A DNA stretch of 64,000 nucleotides, taken from contig CBDHDF010000011.1 in NCBI GenBank assembly GCA_965261545.1, positions 976,235 through 1,040,234 of the forward strand. The letters are read 5' to 3'. This DNA is from Bdellovibrionales bacterium. Its GTDB lineage: Bacteria; Bdellovibrionota; Bdellovibrionia; Bdellovibrionales; UBA1609. Positions 19,557-29,779 of the stretch are shown piece by piece. The notes under the pieces are model-generated. The model was not told where the DNA came from, did not search any database, and saw nothing but the letters and a program-made list of their open reading frames with translations. Both the position numbers and the translations under genes were made by a program. Position 1 is the stretch's first letter. Each line of letters opens with the position of its first letter.

Positions 19557-21445
19557 GAGCCTGTAAACTATTTTGTGTAACTGCCGAATCATATTAGGAT
19601 GAACTATCATCCTGAAAGGAGAAGGCAGAATGGATATCAAGACAATAGGCAAGGAACTAGCGAAGAACGTCAAGACCCAAAAGGATTTATCCGACATAAC
19701 GGGTCAACTGATGAAGGTTGTTTTAGAGACGGCCCTTAATGCGGAAATGGACGATCACCTAGGTTATGAGAGGCATGAGAAGTCTGAGACCCGCAAATCC
19801 AACACTCGCAATGGTTACAGTAGAAAGACCATAAAGGGAGAGAAAGGCGAGGTGGAGCTTCAGGTCCCCCGTGACCGAAGTGCCTCCTTTGAACCTCAAG
19901 TCATTCCCAAGGGTAAGACTCGTCTTGAGGGCTTTGAAGACAGTATCCTGACCCTCTATGCGAGGGGAATGACGACCAGGGATATTCAAGGAGCTATCAA
20001 AGACCTCTACCATGGTGCAGAGATATCCCACTCAGTGATAGCCAACGTGACGGATGCTGTTATTGATGAAGTTACGGCTTGGCAGAACCGCCCCTTGGAT
20101 AGCACTTACCCTATCGTATTTTTGGACTGTATCGTGGTGAAGGTCCATCAAGACAAGAGAGTTATTAATAAGGCGATTTACCTAGCTCTTGGTATTACAG
20201 AGGAGGGTCAGAAAGACTTGTTGGGCCTATGGATTTCTGAAAATGAGGGTTCAAAGTTTTGGTTGAGTGTTTTGACTGAGCTGCAAAATCGAGGGTTGAA
20301 AGATGTATTTATATTTTCTGTAGATGGTCTTACAGGTTTTCCTCAAGCCATTTCAGCGGCTTTTCCCAAGTCTAAAGTGCAACTGTGCATTGTCCATATG
20401 GTCCGCAATTCCCTTCGCTATGTTCCTTCCAAGGATATGAAAGCTGTCGCCCAAGACCTCAAGTCCATTTATGGCTCTACGACTCTGACAGAAGCTGAAA
20501 AGGCCCTTGAGGAATTTTGTACCAAGTGGTCTTCCAAGTATCCTAATATTGAAAAGTCTTGGCGTAGGAATTGGGACAATCTCATCACTATTTTCGATTA
20601 TCCGGATGAAATCAGAAAGATTTTTTATACCACAAACGCCATAGAGTCGTTAAATAGCGTGATCCGCAAGGCGATCAGAAATCGTAAGATATTTCCCAGT
20701 GATCGGTCGGCTTTAAAAGTTGTATATTTAGCGATAAAAATGGCCTCTAAGCGATGGACACGACCATTACACAACTGGAAGCCAGCCATGAACAGGTTTG
20801 CCATTGAATACGGTGACCGTTTTGACAACTAAGTTTTTTAATAAGGTCCACCACCTGCCTTATAAGGGGGCTTAAAAGCCCCTCTAAGGCGTTGACAGAA
20901 GTACTGGAATACCGAGACTATGGTTAGGGTAATATAGTATGGGAACCTAAATACATGCCCTCTTGGTGCAGATTTGGGTTTCCATTTTTTTTCATATTTC
21001 ATCCCAATTCTGGTATTTCTCGAATATCCTAAGTTAAAAAAAATAAAAAAAAGGGGGTAATATAGTATGGGAACCTAAACACATGAACCCTTTGATGAGA
21101 TTGGAATTTCCATTTTTTTGAGAGAGCCATTGCTGATTTTTTTTCAACCAAGATGATAATTATTTATTTGAGTTCTTTCCAGTTCTGATATGATCCCATT
21201 ACGGCTCCATAATACAATCAAAAGTCCAGAGTAACTAAAGAGGCCAATTATATAGACCAGCGAAGATGTCCACCTTCCCATTAACTTATAATGCATTGTG
21301 ACTGACAAAATCGCTTGAAGGAAAAAATGTCAATTATACATTGACGAATAATATGGGACTGTGCTTTTTACCAGGAGTGGAGCCACATAAGTGGCTTTAA
21401 GATTTAAGAAAAAAATTGCAGTTACACAATTATTTTTACAGTCCC
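19557..21445 (+). mobile_element. IS256-family element, copy A (1889 bp)
   Basis: IRs gagcctgtaaactattttgtgtaactgc / gcagttacacaattatttttacagtccc. 8 bp TSD ttcagcag at 19549-19556 and 21446-21453. Confidence 0.9.
19630..20832 (+). CDS. IS256-family (Mutator-type) transposase
   Basis: 400 aa. ALNAEMDDHLGYERHE, RNGYSRKT, YPIVFLDCIVVKV, and FSVDGLTGF...AIESLN are typical of IS256. The same protein is encoded at 43347-44549, 50410-51612 and 55908-57110. Confidence 0.95.
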   Translation: MDIKTIGKELAKNVKTQKDLSDITGQLMKVVLETALNAEMDDHLGYERHEKSETRKSNTRNGYSRKTIKGEKGEVELQVPRDRSASFEPQVIPKGKTRLEGFEDSILTLYARGMTTRDIQGAIKDLYHGAEISHSVIANVTDAVIDEVTAWQNRPLDSTYPIVFLDCIVVKVHQDKRVINKAIYLALGITEEGQKDLLGLWISENEGSKFWLSVLTELQNRGLKDVFIFSVDGLTGFPQAISAAFPKSKVQLCIVHMVRNSLRYVPSKDMKAVAQDLKSIYGSTTLTEAEKALEEFCTKWSSKYPNIEKSWRRNWDNLITIFDYPDEIRKIFYTTNAIESLNSVIRKAIRNRKIFPSDRSALKVVYLAIKMASKRWTRPLHNWKPAMNRFAIEYGDRFDN

Positions 21446-22864
21446 TTCAGCAGAAAATATCTGGGTGCTTTCGTTCGTTGATGGGAGCCAAGACATTTTG
21501 TAGAAACCGAAGCTTTCTCCTGACTTGCCAGAAAAATGGCATAGAACCTAAAGATGCTCTAAATATGCTATTTCAAGGAAAACTTCCCTCATTTATGACT
21601 CGAATTCGCCCACCCCCTGAATAGTTACGAAATTATTAGATAAATCGACAAGAATAAGACTTGTTTTATTTTACACCCAACCCTCAACCAAGGAGTAAGT
21701 CACATGCAATCCAATATTGATCTCGAAAGCCCCCAAATGACGAGTTCGCGTCACAGATGACCATTTTATTCTACCAAAACTTGATTCTTCCTTCAAGCCA
21801 GAGCACCTTGTCGATCCAGAAAAACAAAAAAGGAATCGAAAATTTAATCCTCAAATTTTCTTTTTTACCATTATCTATCTTATTTCCGGAACAAATTACG
21901 AAGGCTACCAAATCGCTCTTAAGACGGTATGGACTCATTTTGGTGACCTGCTTCTCATGCCAGTCAAAAGCAGTCTCAGCAAGATACGTCAAAGTATTTC
22001 TTACCTATTTTTCAAAGATATCTTTGAATCTCTGATTACAGACTACGAACCATTGAGAAAAACGTTTCATGGTTTTTATATCTATGCCATAGATGGCGAC
22101 CAATTAGCACTTCCTCGCTCTAAAGATCTTTTAAAGGAGGGTTATTGTGGGTACCCTTGCCCAAATGAGATGGAAACTCATTTCTTACGTATGTATCTAT
22201 CTCATGCTTATGACGTTTTATCGGGTGTGACAAAGAATCTTTGCTATTCTCCCGCTCTCAACGAAATCGCCAATGCTATTCAAATGATAGGTAGTTTTGA
22301 GAGTAATAGCATAACTCTCTACGATAGGCTTTATTTATCTACAGAGATTATTAAGGCCCATGCTCAAGCCAGTAACTTCTTTATTGCGCGTTGTAAGCGA
22401 GGCTCTACTTTTATCCCCATCGTAAATTTATTTAATGGCCCAGGTTGGTATTCACAAATGGTTATTGAGGGGGTGGTCATTCATCTCTATAAGTATAAAA
22501 ACCCAAAGACTGGGGAGTTCTCTGTTTTGGCCACTAATCTTCCGCATGGCTCCTTGGACAAGAAGGATATGGTTGCTCTTTACTCTCGTCGTTGGGAAAT
22601 AGAAACGACATTTCGTGATTTTACATCGACAATGAAAATGGAGCAGTGGCACTCAACAAGCCTTAATGGAATATTGCAAGAGCTGTATTCTTATTTTTGG
22701 CTCTTCAATTATACAAAGTGCAAAATTTCACCTAGTTTGACCCACCCAATTTCACCTGGTTTGACCCACCCAATTTCACGAAGTTTGACCCACTGAATTT
22801 CACCAAACATTGACCCACTTAGATCTTCATAGATATTCTTTCTGCGCTACGCATTAACGAGGAG

Positions 22865-24388
22865 GTGTCTATGGGCAAACAAGGTAAGAAAAAAGGAGCA
22901 AGAATGATCAACAATATTAAGAAATACATAGAGCTTGGACTCAGTTCGAGACAAATAGCTCGAGCTATGGGTGTTAGTCGGAACACTGTGAAGAAGTATG
23001 TGAAGGATAGTCCCGGAGGCCCTAACAGCCGCTCAAAGGGGTCGCATGGGCCCTACCAAGCCCCATGGTCATCCAAGGTGAATTGGACAGATGTTCGCCT
23101 CAAGCAAAGCCTAGGGACTCAATTGGCTCATTACTGGGAGCGACATATTCAGTCCGAGATTGACGGTGTGAGTTATCTTTCTTTTTGGAGAGAGTTTCGT
23201 CGGAGGCACCCAAGTATAAAGCTTGATATGCACCAGACATTCACCCCTGGTGAACGGAGTGAGTTTGACTATAAGGGAAAAGACTCTTGTTTTGGCTATA
23301 CAGATGCCAAGACTGGGGAGTTCATCCAATGTCGATTATTTGGGATGATACTTCCATCGAGTCAGTTTTTCTTTCCCTGCGCCACATTAACAGAGCAGCG
23401 GGAAGATGTTTTTTCCTCCATAGCTTCTGGTTTTGAGTTTTTTGGTGGTGTGACCGGAACCATTGCTTTTGATAACGCAAAGGTTCAAGTGACAAGAGCT
23501 GATACTTATGATCCCGATATTAACTCTGAGTTTCACCTCTTGTGTGATCACTACAATGTGGCTCCTTTGGCGATGAGGCCATCTCATCCCAAAGACAAGA
23601 GTCTTATCGAAAATACCCTTGGAGTCTTTTGGCGCTGGTCTTGGCCCCAGATAAGAGAGCGACAAATGTATTCTCTAGCAGACATCAACGCTGAGTTGAA
23701 GCATTTGGCAGCTATTTTCAATGATCGTATTCAAAAAAAGTATGGGTTGAGTCGTCGACAGAAGTTTGAATCTTTTGAGAAGTCAAAATTGAATCCTCTT
23801 CCTGAAAGACGCTATGAGAGTGGATTCTGGAAGCATGCCAAGGTTCATCCGGATTGTCACATTCAATATAACTACAATTTTTACTCTGTTCCTTATAAGC
23901 ATCGCGGCAAGAAATTAGATATTCGTATTAGCCAACAATGCTTGGAGGTTTATTCAGAATTAGAGCGGGTGGCGATACATCACATCCCCCAGGGCAGTCG
24001 AGGGCGCTACTTTACGACAAAATCTCATCTCCCTGAGTCCCACCGGGCCATTTTAGAGCAAACGCCACAAAATGTACTTAAAGAGGCATCAAGCCTTGGA
24101 GAAAGCATTCACAAAGTTGCCGAGCGGCTTATCAAAGAGCCTCGCCATCCGCTTATGTATCTTCGTCGTGTTCAGGGGATACTCAATCTAAGAAAACGGT
24201 ATTCAACAGCTTCTTTGGAGCAGGCTTGCTCATTTTTTGTAGATGCAGCTTTAAGTGACATTAGGGTTCGTGGAGTTGAGAAAGTCATTTCAGCAAAAAG
24301 TCATCGAAAAGAGGAGCCAAGAGTCTGCCGTCAACCTAATGAAAATTTAAGAGGTTCAGAGCACTGGGAGAATGCTTGCCGCCACTAA
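22865..24388 (+). CDS. istA: IS21-family transposase IstA
   Basis: N-terminal HTH (LSSRQIARAMGVSRNTVKKY) and a DDE region (EFDYKG..., AFDNAK...). 507 aa. Confidence 0.9.
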   Translation: MSMGKQGKKKGARMINNIKKYIELGLSSRQIARAMGVSRNTVKKYVKDSPGGPNSRSKGSHGPYQAPWSSKVNWTDVRLKQSLGTQLAHYWERHIQSEIDGVSYLSFWREFRRRHPSIKLDMHQTFTPGERSEFDYKGKDSCFGYTDAKTGEFIQCRLFGMILPSSQFFFPCATLTEQREDVFSSIASGFEFFGGVTGTIAFDNAKVQVTRADTYDPDINSEFHLLCDHYNVAPLAMRPSHPKDKSLIENTLGVFWRWSWPQIRERQMYSLADINAELKHLAAIFNDRIQKKYGLSRRQKFESFEKSKLNPLPERRYESGFWKHAKVHPDCHIQYNYNFYSVPYKHRGKKLDIRISQQCLEVYSELERVAIHHIPQGSRGRYFTTKSHLPESHRAILEQTPQNVLKEASSLGESIHKVAERLIKEPRHPLMYLRRVQGILNLRKRYSTASLEQACSFFVDAALSDIRVRGVEKVISAKSHRKEEPRVCRQPNENLRGSEHWENACRH

Positions 24389-24469
24389 TCACATAGCCCC
24401 GGTGGGTGGTTCTCAACCACCTAACGGGTCATTTTGACCTCCATAAGAGAGGTCGTATAGGAGAAGAAA

Positions 24470-25198
24470 ATGATTAAACAAACAGAAAATTTATTAGAGA
24501 TATTAAAAATGAGGGGAGTTTTAGCAACCTTGAGCCAGAGGCTCAAAGAAGCTGAGGAGCAGGATCTTGGTTACGAGGACTTTCTAAATGTCATCTTTGA
24601 GGACGAAAAAATCCATCGTGACAATCAGAAGGTCTTAAGACTTATCAAAAGAGCAGCTTTGAAGCAAAAAGCAAGCCTTGAGGCCTTTGAAACCAAGCCC
24701 AGCCGAGGAGTCGATCGAAGAGTTTTGAGTGATCTAGCCCTTATGAGATTTGCTCAAAGAGGTCAAAATATAATTATCTCTGGCCCAACAGGTGTTGGAA
24801 AGTCATATTTGGCTTGTGCCATAGGCAATCACGCCTGTCGCCAGGGTTTTTCCACTCAGTTCTTCAGAATGAATACTCTTGTTGAAAAATTCAACTTAGA
24901 AAGAGCCCAGGGGACATATCTAAACTTCCTTAAAAGGCTAAAATCAATCTCTATACTTGTGTTGGATGACTTTGGTATCAAACCCCTTACCTCCAGCCAA
25001 TATCAAGACCTTTACGATGTGATTGATGAACGAGGCCCTGACCTGAGCCTCATTCTTACAACCCAACTTCCAATAAAAAATTGGAGTGAAGTCATTGGGG
25101 ATCCCATCGTTTGTGAAGCTATTATGGATCGCATAACCTCTCAAGCTATCAAAATAGCCATGTCTGGAAGCTCATTTAGGCAGAGAAAGACGATTTAA
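24470..25198 (+). CDS. istB: IS21-family helper ATPase IstB
   Basis: Walker A GPTGVGKSY and Walker B LVLDDFG. The size and the position after istA fit. Confidence 0.9.
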   Translation: MIKQTENLLEILKMRGVLATLSQRLKEAEEQDLGYEDFLNVIFEDEKIHRDNQKVLRLIKRAALKQKASLEAFETKPSRGVDRRVLSDLALMRFAQRGQNIIISGPTGVGKSYLACAIGNHACRQGFSTQFFRMNTLVEKFNLERAQGTYLNFLKRLKSISILVLDDFGIKPLTSSQYQDLYDVIDERGPDLSLILTTQLPIKNWSEVIGDPIVCEAIMDRITSQAIKIAMSGSSFRQRKTI

Positions 25199-25207
25199 GG
25201 AGAATCC

Positions 25208-25615
25208 ATGCAAAAGCAGACCTTAGAAGACACCATCAGAAGACACTCCATCGGAACTATTGAATCATGTACCCGCCAGTTATCCACAAAATTTACCCAC
25301 GGCAGCGCTGCGTTGATAGACATCGGGGTCACAGACGCAGCGTCACCATGGATAAATTTGTGGATAACTGGCTCGCTATTCTCTGCCATTTTGAGCCATG
25401 GGTTCAACATCCCCATCGAAAAACCCTCCATTGAAACCTCAAAAATGGGAAGGGCCGAGATTCTCAATGACAAAGTGGCCAATTTTAGTTGGCATCTAAC
25501 ATTCTGGCAAATAAGCCTTAACCCACCGTTGGGACATCGTGACATTGAGGGTGTAAAAGTTACTGAGTCAGCAGAAAAAAGAAGGTTTAAATTGACAAAG
25601 TTTGAGCCACCGTGA
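25208..25615 (+). CDS. Unrecognised third ORF inside IS21-A, downstream of istB
   Basis: 135 aa. The ATG lies 5 nt after a strong aaggag RBS and 10 nt after the istB stop. An antisense 146 aa ORF overlaps it, so coding status is uncertain. Confidence 0.35.
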   Translation: MQKQTLEDTIRRHSIGTIESCTRQLSTKFTHGSAALIDIGVTDAASPWINLWITGSLFSAILSHGFNIPIEKPSIETSKMGRAEILNDKVANFSWHLTFWQISLNPPLGHRDIEGVKVTESAEKRRFKLTKFEPP

Positions 25616-26004
25616 AATTCAAAATTGGACCTCAAATTGACTGACTGAGGGGTGGGTCAAACTTCGTGAAATTCAGTGGGTCAAACTCGTGAAATTCAGC
25701 ACAAAGATTCAAATGAGCATAAATGAGGATGAAGACAGTGTGAATCAGTTGGTGAAAAATGACTACAAAAAACCTAACTTTAAACTGATTCTTGATTTCA
25801 TAATGGATAGCATCCCTCTTTTTGTTGCGGGGCTCTATCAGAAATTTAGGAAGCAGATAAAGTTGCTGATGAAGATTTCAATGGAGAAGAGGAGGCACTT
25901 CAAAAGAAGCTATGAAAGGTCTATCAAAAGGGCTGGGAGTTCTTTTAAAAGAAATAGCTTAACGCAGAGGCAGAGGGGTGTGGTGGCTTAAGGAAACGGC
26001 ATTG

Positions 26005-26973
26005 AGTCAGAGCCCCTTGGCCATAATCCACTTGGGCTTCCTCTCCGGGGGGAAAATCCAAGCGATCATAGCGTTTGGGGGTACTCTTCTTCAGCTTCCT
26101 TACAAATTTTTTCACGCTGTCGTAGGAGTGAGAAAAACCAAATTTCTCCACCAAATCTTGGTAGATGGCCATTCGATTGCGCTCTAAGTTCAAAGCCTGA
26201 TTTTCAATCCAAACCCTGTGGGGCTCACAAGCCGACTGATGGTAGGAAGATCGTTGAGGGTGCTTTGGGGAAGCCTGGTCAGTAAGAGACTTTTTCAATT
26301 CAGGTGGTGCTGTCTCAAAGGGTTTTGTTACTTCCATGGGGACAACAAAACCTAATTCCGAAGAAGAAAGAGTAGGTGGCTTTTCATTGGCAAAAGCCTG
26401 CTTTGTATCCATAGGTGAGGGTGGAACTGGCTTGTCTCGTTCGATTAAATGAGCTACACAGTCGGTGGATCCAGTTTCTGTAGGAGCAGCTAAATTCGTT
26501 TCCACCATGGTGGTGGTTGGAGATGGGGGCTTTTGGCAAACACTGGGGCCCATGCTAACCAAATCAGACACGGCCAAAGAAGTTGAGCATGGCTCCACAG
26601 GGGGTGCTGAATGAGATTCTACTGGTGTTAGGCCTGATTCCCCAAGGAGTGTCCGCTGATTGGCCTCTGTAGAGGAAACCGAAACTTCATCGGGCTCTTG
26701 GATCTGGATTACAGAAGCACTTGAAGACTCTACAGAGCAAACCTCAAGGGACCCTGAAGATGATGGTTCTGCTTCAGGGGGACCTGAAAAAGGTAGAGAC
26801 TTTGGCTCCACACCTCCTGTGCGCCCTTTTTTCGCAATGACACTATGGGCTTTAGCATATTCTGAAACTGTAAATCGACTGACATGTAGCCTTTTCGCTA
26901 TTTCACGAAAGGAGCGACCTGCTATAATTAATGTTAATATCTCTTCTTGTTTTTGTTTATTCAAGACGTTCAT
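26005..26973 (-). pseudogene. IstA-like transposase N-terminal fragment (IS21-C)
   Basis: HTH GRSFREIAKRLHVSRFTVSEY, a long Pro/Ser-rich linker, then FPPGEEAQVDYG (start of the catalytic core) before the IS4 end at 26004. Confidence 0.7.
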
Positions 26974-27090
26974 CCTTCCCTCCCAGGTTGTTTTCTAGGA
27001 AGTATTCTATAATACGCCTTGTCAGATATTAAGTTTTTAAATGGATGGTTTTGTTAGCCCACAAATGGATGGTTTTGATCCGCCCATCGG
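26005..27090 (-). mobile_element. Remnant of a second IS21-family lineage (IS21-C): left end plus istA 5' part, cut by IS4-A
   Basis: The istA-like ORF runs up to the IS4 terminus. Direct repeats aaatggatggttttg x2 (27039-27078) resemble IS21 terminal multi-repeats. The outer boundary is approximate. Confidence 0.55.
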
Positions 27091-27250
27091 GGTGAGCAGC
27101 CATTTTTCTCAAAGTGCCCCAAAGAGTTTAACGTATTTGCCCTAAACTAAAGTCTGGACATTCGCCTCTAAATGGCGAAGACGGGGAGGTTTACCTTATT
27201 CGATGCAGTGCAATTCTCACACTGAGATTTGGAGGAATTTCAATGTTTTT

Positions 27251-27445
27251 TCAAGCTCGGCGGGAATTTCTGGAAGACTTTACAGGAGCTGTAAAGTATT
27301 TTATTTTAATAATATTATGGGACTTTGTAAGCACTATATCTAGTAGTTCTTTTATATTAAGCCATTTATAAGGTGTCCACCTTAAACAACGGTAGTAGAG
27401 GTTAAATCCGTCTATGTAAACATTTGTTTTCAATTTTTTGAGCCT
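27251..27445 (-). pseudogene. NYN-domain (LabA/PIN-like) protein, N-terminal fragment only
   Basis: KTNVYIDGFNLYYRCL...WLNIKEL...IKYFTAPVK matches the N-terminus of NYN-domain proteins. The ORF ends after about 65 residues. Confidence 0.5.
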
Positions 27446-27583
27446 TAAAAAGAAACGAAAGCGGCCCTTCAGCCGCCTCGCACCTACCCAGCGAACCAAG
27501 TAGGGATGTTACTTAATATATATCGGCTACTTGTTGGAAAAAGTCAATCCTTAAAACTCTATTATAAGTTCATAGGCTAAATA

Positions 27584-29729
27584 GTTCCTGTCCAGGGAAG
27601 AAAGTTAAGTAGTTTTAAGTATTTACATGCCTTCCCTTTAGATTTTATGCTTTAAAATGGAGTCCATCAAACATAATCCGTGTAAATTCAGTTACTTACA
27701 TAAAACGGAAAAATAAAATAAGTTCCCCCCCCCTCTCTTGACGAACCTTTCACAGCCCCTCCCTTTCAGTGACTTATGTGGCTATCAACTGGTTACTTGA
27801 TATGAGAGGAAGAGTTGGATCAACCTGTGTTTCCACCGTGGTGATTTCAAACCTCCTTCAGGGAAATAACATTACGTTGCGCATCAACTTCAAAAAATAC
27901 TTGACGTGTTTTTTCAGAGAAATAATTTTTGATATTTTATTCTTCATTTATTTTTTATGTAGGTTTTAGGAGGCGTGGGAACCTCTCTATGAGGTAGAAT
28001 TCTTATCCATGTTCTCCGAGAACCTCTCTGATTTTTTTCTTCTTAAAAGACATCCTTGCTCACTTTTTTCCCTCAAAAAAACGTATGTTAATATAAAAAT
28101 TAAAGAGAAACTTTCACCAAAGGGGGGACTATGCGCCATTTGAAGAAGACACAGTTGGGACTCTTTTCCCAATATCCTAACCACCAACTCAGTACAGAAT
28201 TGCAGCAAATTAATAACATCATTGATCGCCATCCAGAGTTTGCCCATATGGTTCATGAAGACCTTGTTAAAGAAAAGAAAGATTCTGGTGATATTGGTAT
28301 GACATCGGAGCAAGTTCTCAAGGTGGCTATTCTTAAATCCATAAGAGGTCTTTCCTATCGTGCGTTAGCCTTTAATCTTGTCGATTCAGTATCCACCAGA
28401 GCTTTTCTGGGCCTTGAATTGGAAGAAAATTACGCTCACTCCACCTTACAGGACTTGATTGTTCAAATAAGTGAAGAAACTTGGGGAATTATTAGCGCCT
28501 CTTTAGTTTCAGATGCAAGAGATCAAAAGATTGAGCCGTGTAAGAAAATGAGATTGGACAGTACAGTGACGAAATCAAATATTCATCATCCAACGGATGC
28601 ATCGCTTTTATATGACTGCATAAGAGTTACAGAAAGAGAATTTAAAAAAGTTCGTAAAAATGTCATGAAAGATTTTTGGCGACTTATTTCAAGAGAAGAT
28701 CTTAAGAGAGCAAAAACCTTGCTTTACAAAATTAATAATTCCAAAAATGATGCGGAAAGACTACCTTGCTATAAGGAGCTTTTAAAAATCGCTACCAAAT
28801 TGAACAAAGGATTACCTGATACCATCAGAAAGATAAAAAAAGAACAAAAATGTGTGAAGATGAATGCTTTGAAAAAGAGTCTAAAACAGTTAGAAAATGT
28901 TGCCTTCTACCTGGAAAAAATCATCTTTCAAACTCAAAAAAGAGTTATTGAGGGGAAAAAAGTATCTTCTGAAAAAAAGGTCCTATCCATCTTTGAACCG
29001 CATACAGACATTATTGTAAAGGGGCAAAGAGAAGTCGAGTTTGGGCATAAAATCTTTCTGACCTCAGGGCAAAGCAACATGATTTTAGATTGTCAGATCC
29101 CTGATGGCAACCCCGCAGACTCTGATATGTTTTTAAAAGTTATGAATTCAGTGACACAAACCTATGGGGCTTGCCCTGTAAAAGTAAGTGCAGATGGTGG
29201 GTTTGCTTCAAAAGAAAATCTTGAAGAGGCCAAAGAGATGGGGGCTAAAGATGTTTGCTTCCCAGAAAAAAAAGGAATGAAAATATTAAAGATGGTTAAA
29301 AGTGCTTGGGTCTTTAAAAATCTTCTCAATTGGAGAGCCGGAATAGAGGCTGTTATTTCATTCCTTAAGAGATGTTTTGGTATGAGAGTTGCTTACTGGA
29401 AAGGGCATGATGGTTTTAAGAGGTATGTAAAGAATGCCGTTTGTGCCTATAATTTTGTTGTCTTGGCAAGACATGAATTATCAACTGTCACCTAAATTTA
29501 TCCATTAGGAATAACAGCAATGGACCAGGTCGAAGGTGCTAAAATCTTCCAAAGGTAGGGGTGCGTCTTCAAATCGAAAAAACTAGGGCGCAAGTCGCTT
29601 AAAGACCTTTTTCCCCTTAATCTGTAGAGTTTGTGTGGCAAATCTCCAACTCTCACTCCCCCATTGAGGCATTGGGAGGCTCAATGGGGAGTGTCAGAGA
29701 ACAAAAAATGGGCCTTTCTGGACAGAAAC
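27584..29729 (+). mobile_element. IS5/IS1182-like element, copy 1 (2146 bp), intact
   Basis: IRs gttcctgtccag / ctggacagaaac. 6 bp TSD taaata at 27578-27583 and 29730-29735. Confidence 0.85.
28131..29495 (+). CDS. DDE transposase with DUF772-like N-terminal domain (IS5/IS1182/ISNCY-type)
   Basis: 454 aa. MTSEQVLKVAILKSIRGLSYRALAFNL (InsH-N/DUF772-like), LDSTVTKSNIHHPTD, SADGGFAS, and WRAGIEAVISFLKR. Confidence 0.85.
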   Translation: MRHLKKTQLGLFSQYPNHQLSTELQQINNIIDRHPEFAHMVHEDLVKEKKDSGDIGMTSEQVLKVAILKSIRGLSYRALAFNLVDSVSTRAFLGLELEENYAHSTLQDLIVQISEETWGIISASLVSDARDQKIEPCKKMRLDSTVTKSNIHHPTDASLLYDCIRVTEREFKKVRKNVMKDFWRLISREDLKRAKTLLYKINNSKNDAERLPCYKELLKIATKLNKGLPDTIRKIKKEQKCVKMNALKKSLKQLENVAFYLEKIIFQTQKRVIEGKKVSSEKKVLSIFEPHTDIIVKGQREVEFGHKIFLTSGQSNMILDCQIPDGNPADSDMFLKVMNSVTQTYGACPVKVSADGGFASKENLEEAKEMGAKDVCFPEKKGMKILKMVKSAWVFKNLLNWRAGIEAVISFLKRCFGMRVAYWKGHDGFKRYVKNAVCAYNFVVLARHELSTVT

Positions 29730-29779
29730 TAAATATTCAATAATTTCAAACACTTAAATGACGCGTGCGGTTAATTAAA

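Larger units (their letters stand above)
18291..21624 (+). pseudogene. IS66-family transposase split by IS256 (18291-19556 + 21454-21624)
   Basis: N-terminal coiled coil, then PGGQPGHEG, CHDHWKPY and CNAHHLRE. The ORF resumes in frame after the IS256 copy as KISGCFRSLMGAKTFCRNRS... Confidence 0.85.
18016..21628 (+). mobile_element. IS66-family element (single-ORF, ISBst12-like) inserted in IS4-A
   Basis: Terminal IRs gtaactattcagggggtg / caccccctgaatagttac. 8 bp TSD gaaattat at 18008-18015 and 21629-21636. The empty site is visible in the IS4 fragment at 62735-62745. Confidence 0.85.
22719..25701 (+). mobile_element. IS21-family element, copy A (2983 bp), apparently intact
   Basis: TG...CA termini. 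Multiple terminal repeats aatttcac-N-gtttgacccac at 22719-22830, with their complements at 25640-25701. 5 bp TSD caaag at 22714-22718 and 25702-25706. Confidence 0.9.
21704..25991 (+). pseudogene. IS4-family DDE transposase of copy A, split by IS21 (to 22718, resuming 25707) and with an upstream frame change
   Basis: YSRRWEIETTFRDF (the IS4 Y-R-E signature), AIDGDQLALP and LYDRLY. The ATG at 21704 has the aaggag RBS but stops at 21760. The main frame is open from 21741 with no start codon until 21957. Copy C (59300-59400) has the same arrangement. Confidence 0.8.
17979..26004 (+). mobile_element. IS4-family element, copy A (about 1.42 kb of its own sequence) carrying nested IS66(+IS256) and IS21 insertions
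   Basis: 18 bp terminal IR caatgccgtttccttaag at 17979-17996, with its complement at 25987-26004. The interior is colinear with the uninterrupted copy at 63398-64000. The flanks are unrelated, so there is no TSD. Confidence 0.8.

Noticed and set aside
20930-21090. CRISPR-like appearance of the repeated ggtaatatagtatgggaacctaaa units
   Set aside because: There are only two units per locus, and they always lie inside the IS256 tail at the same positions in all five copies. This is not an array.
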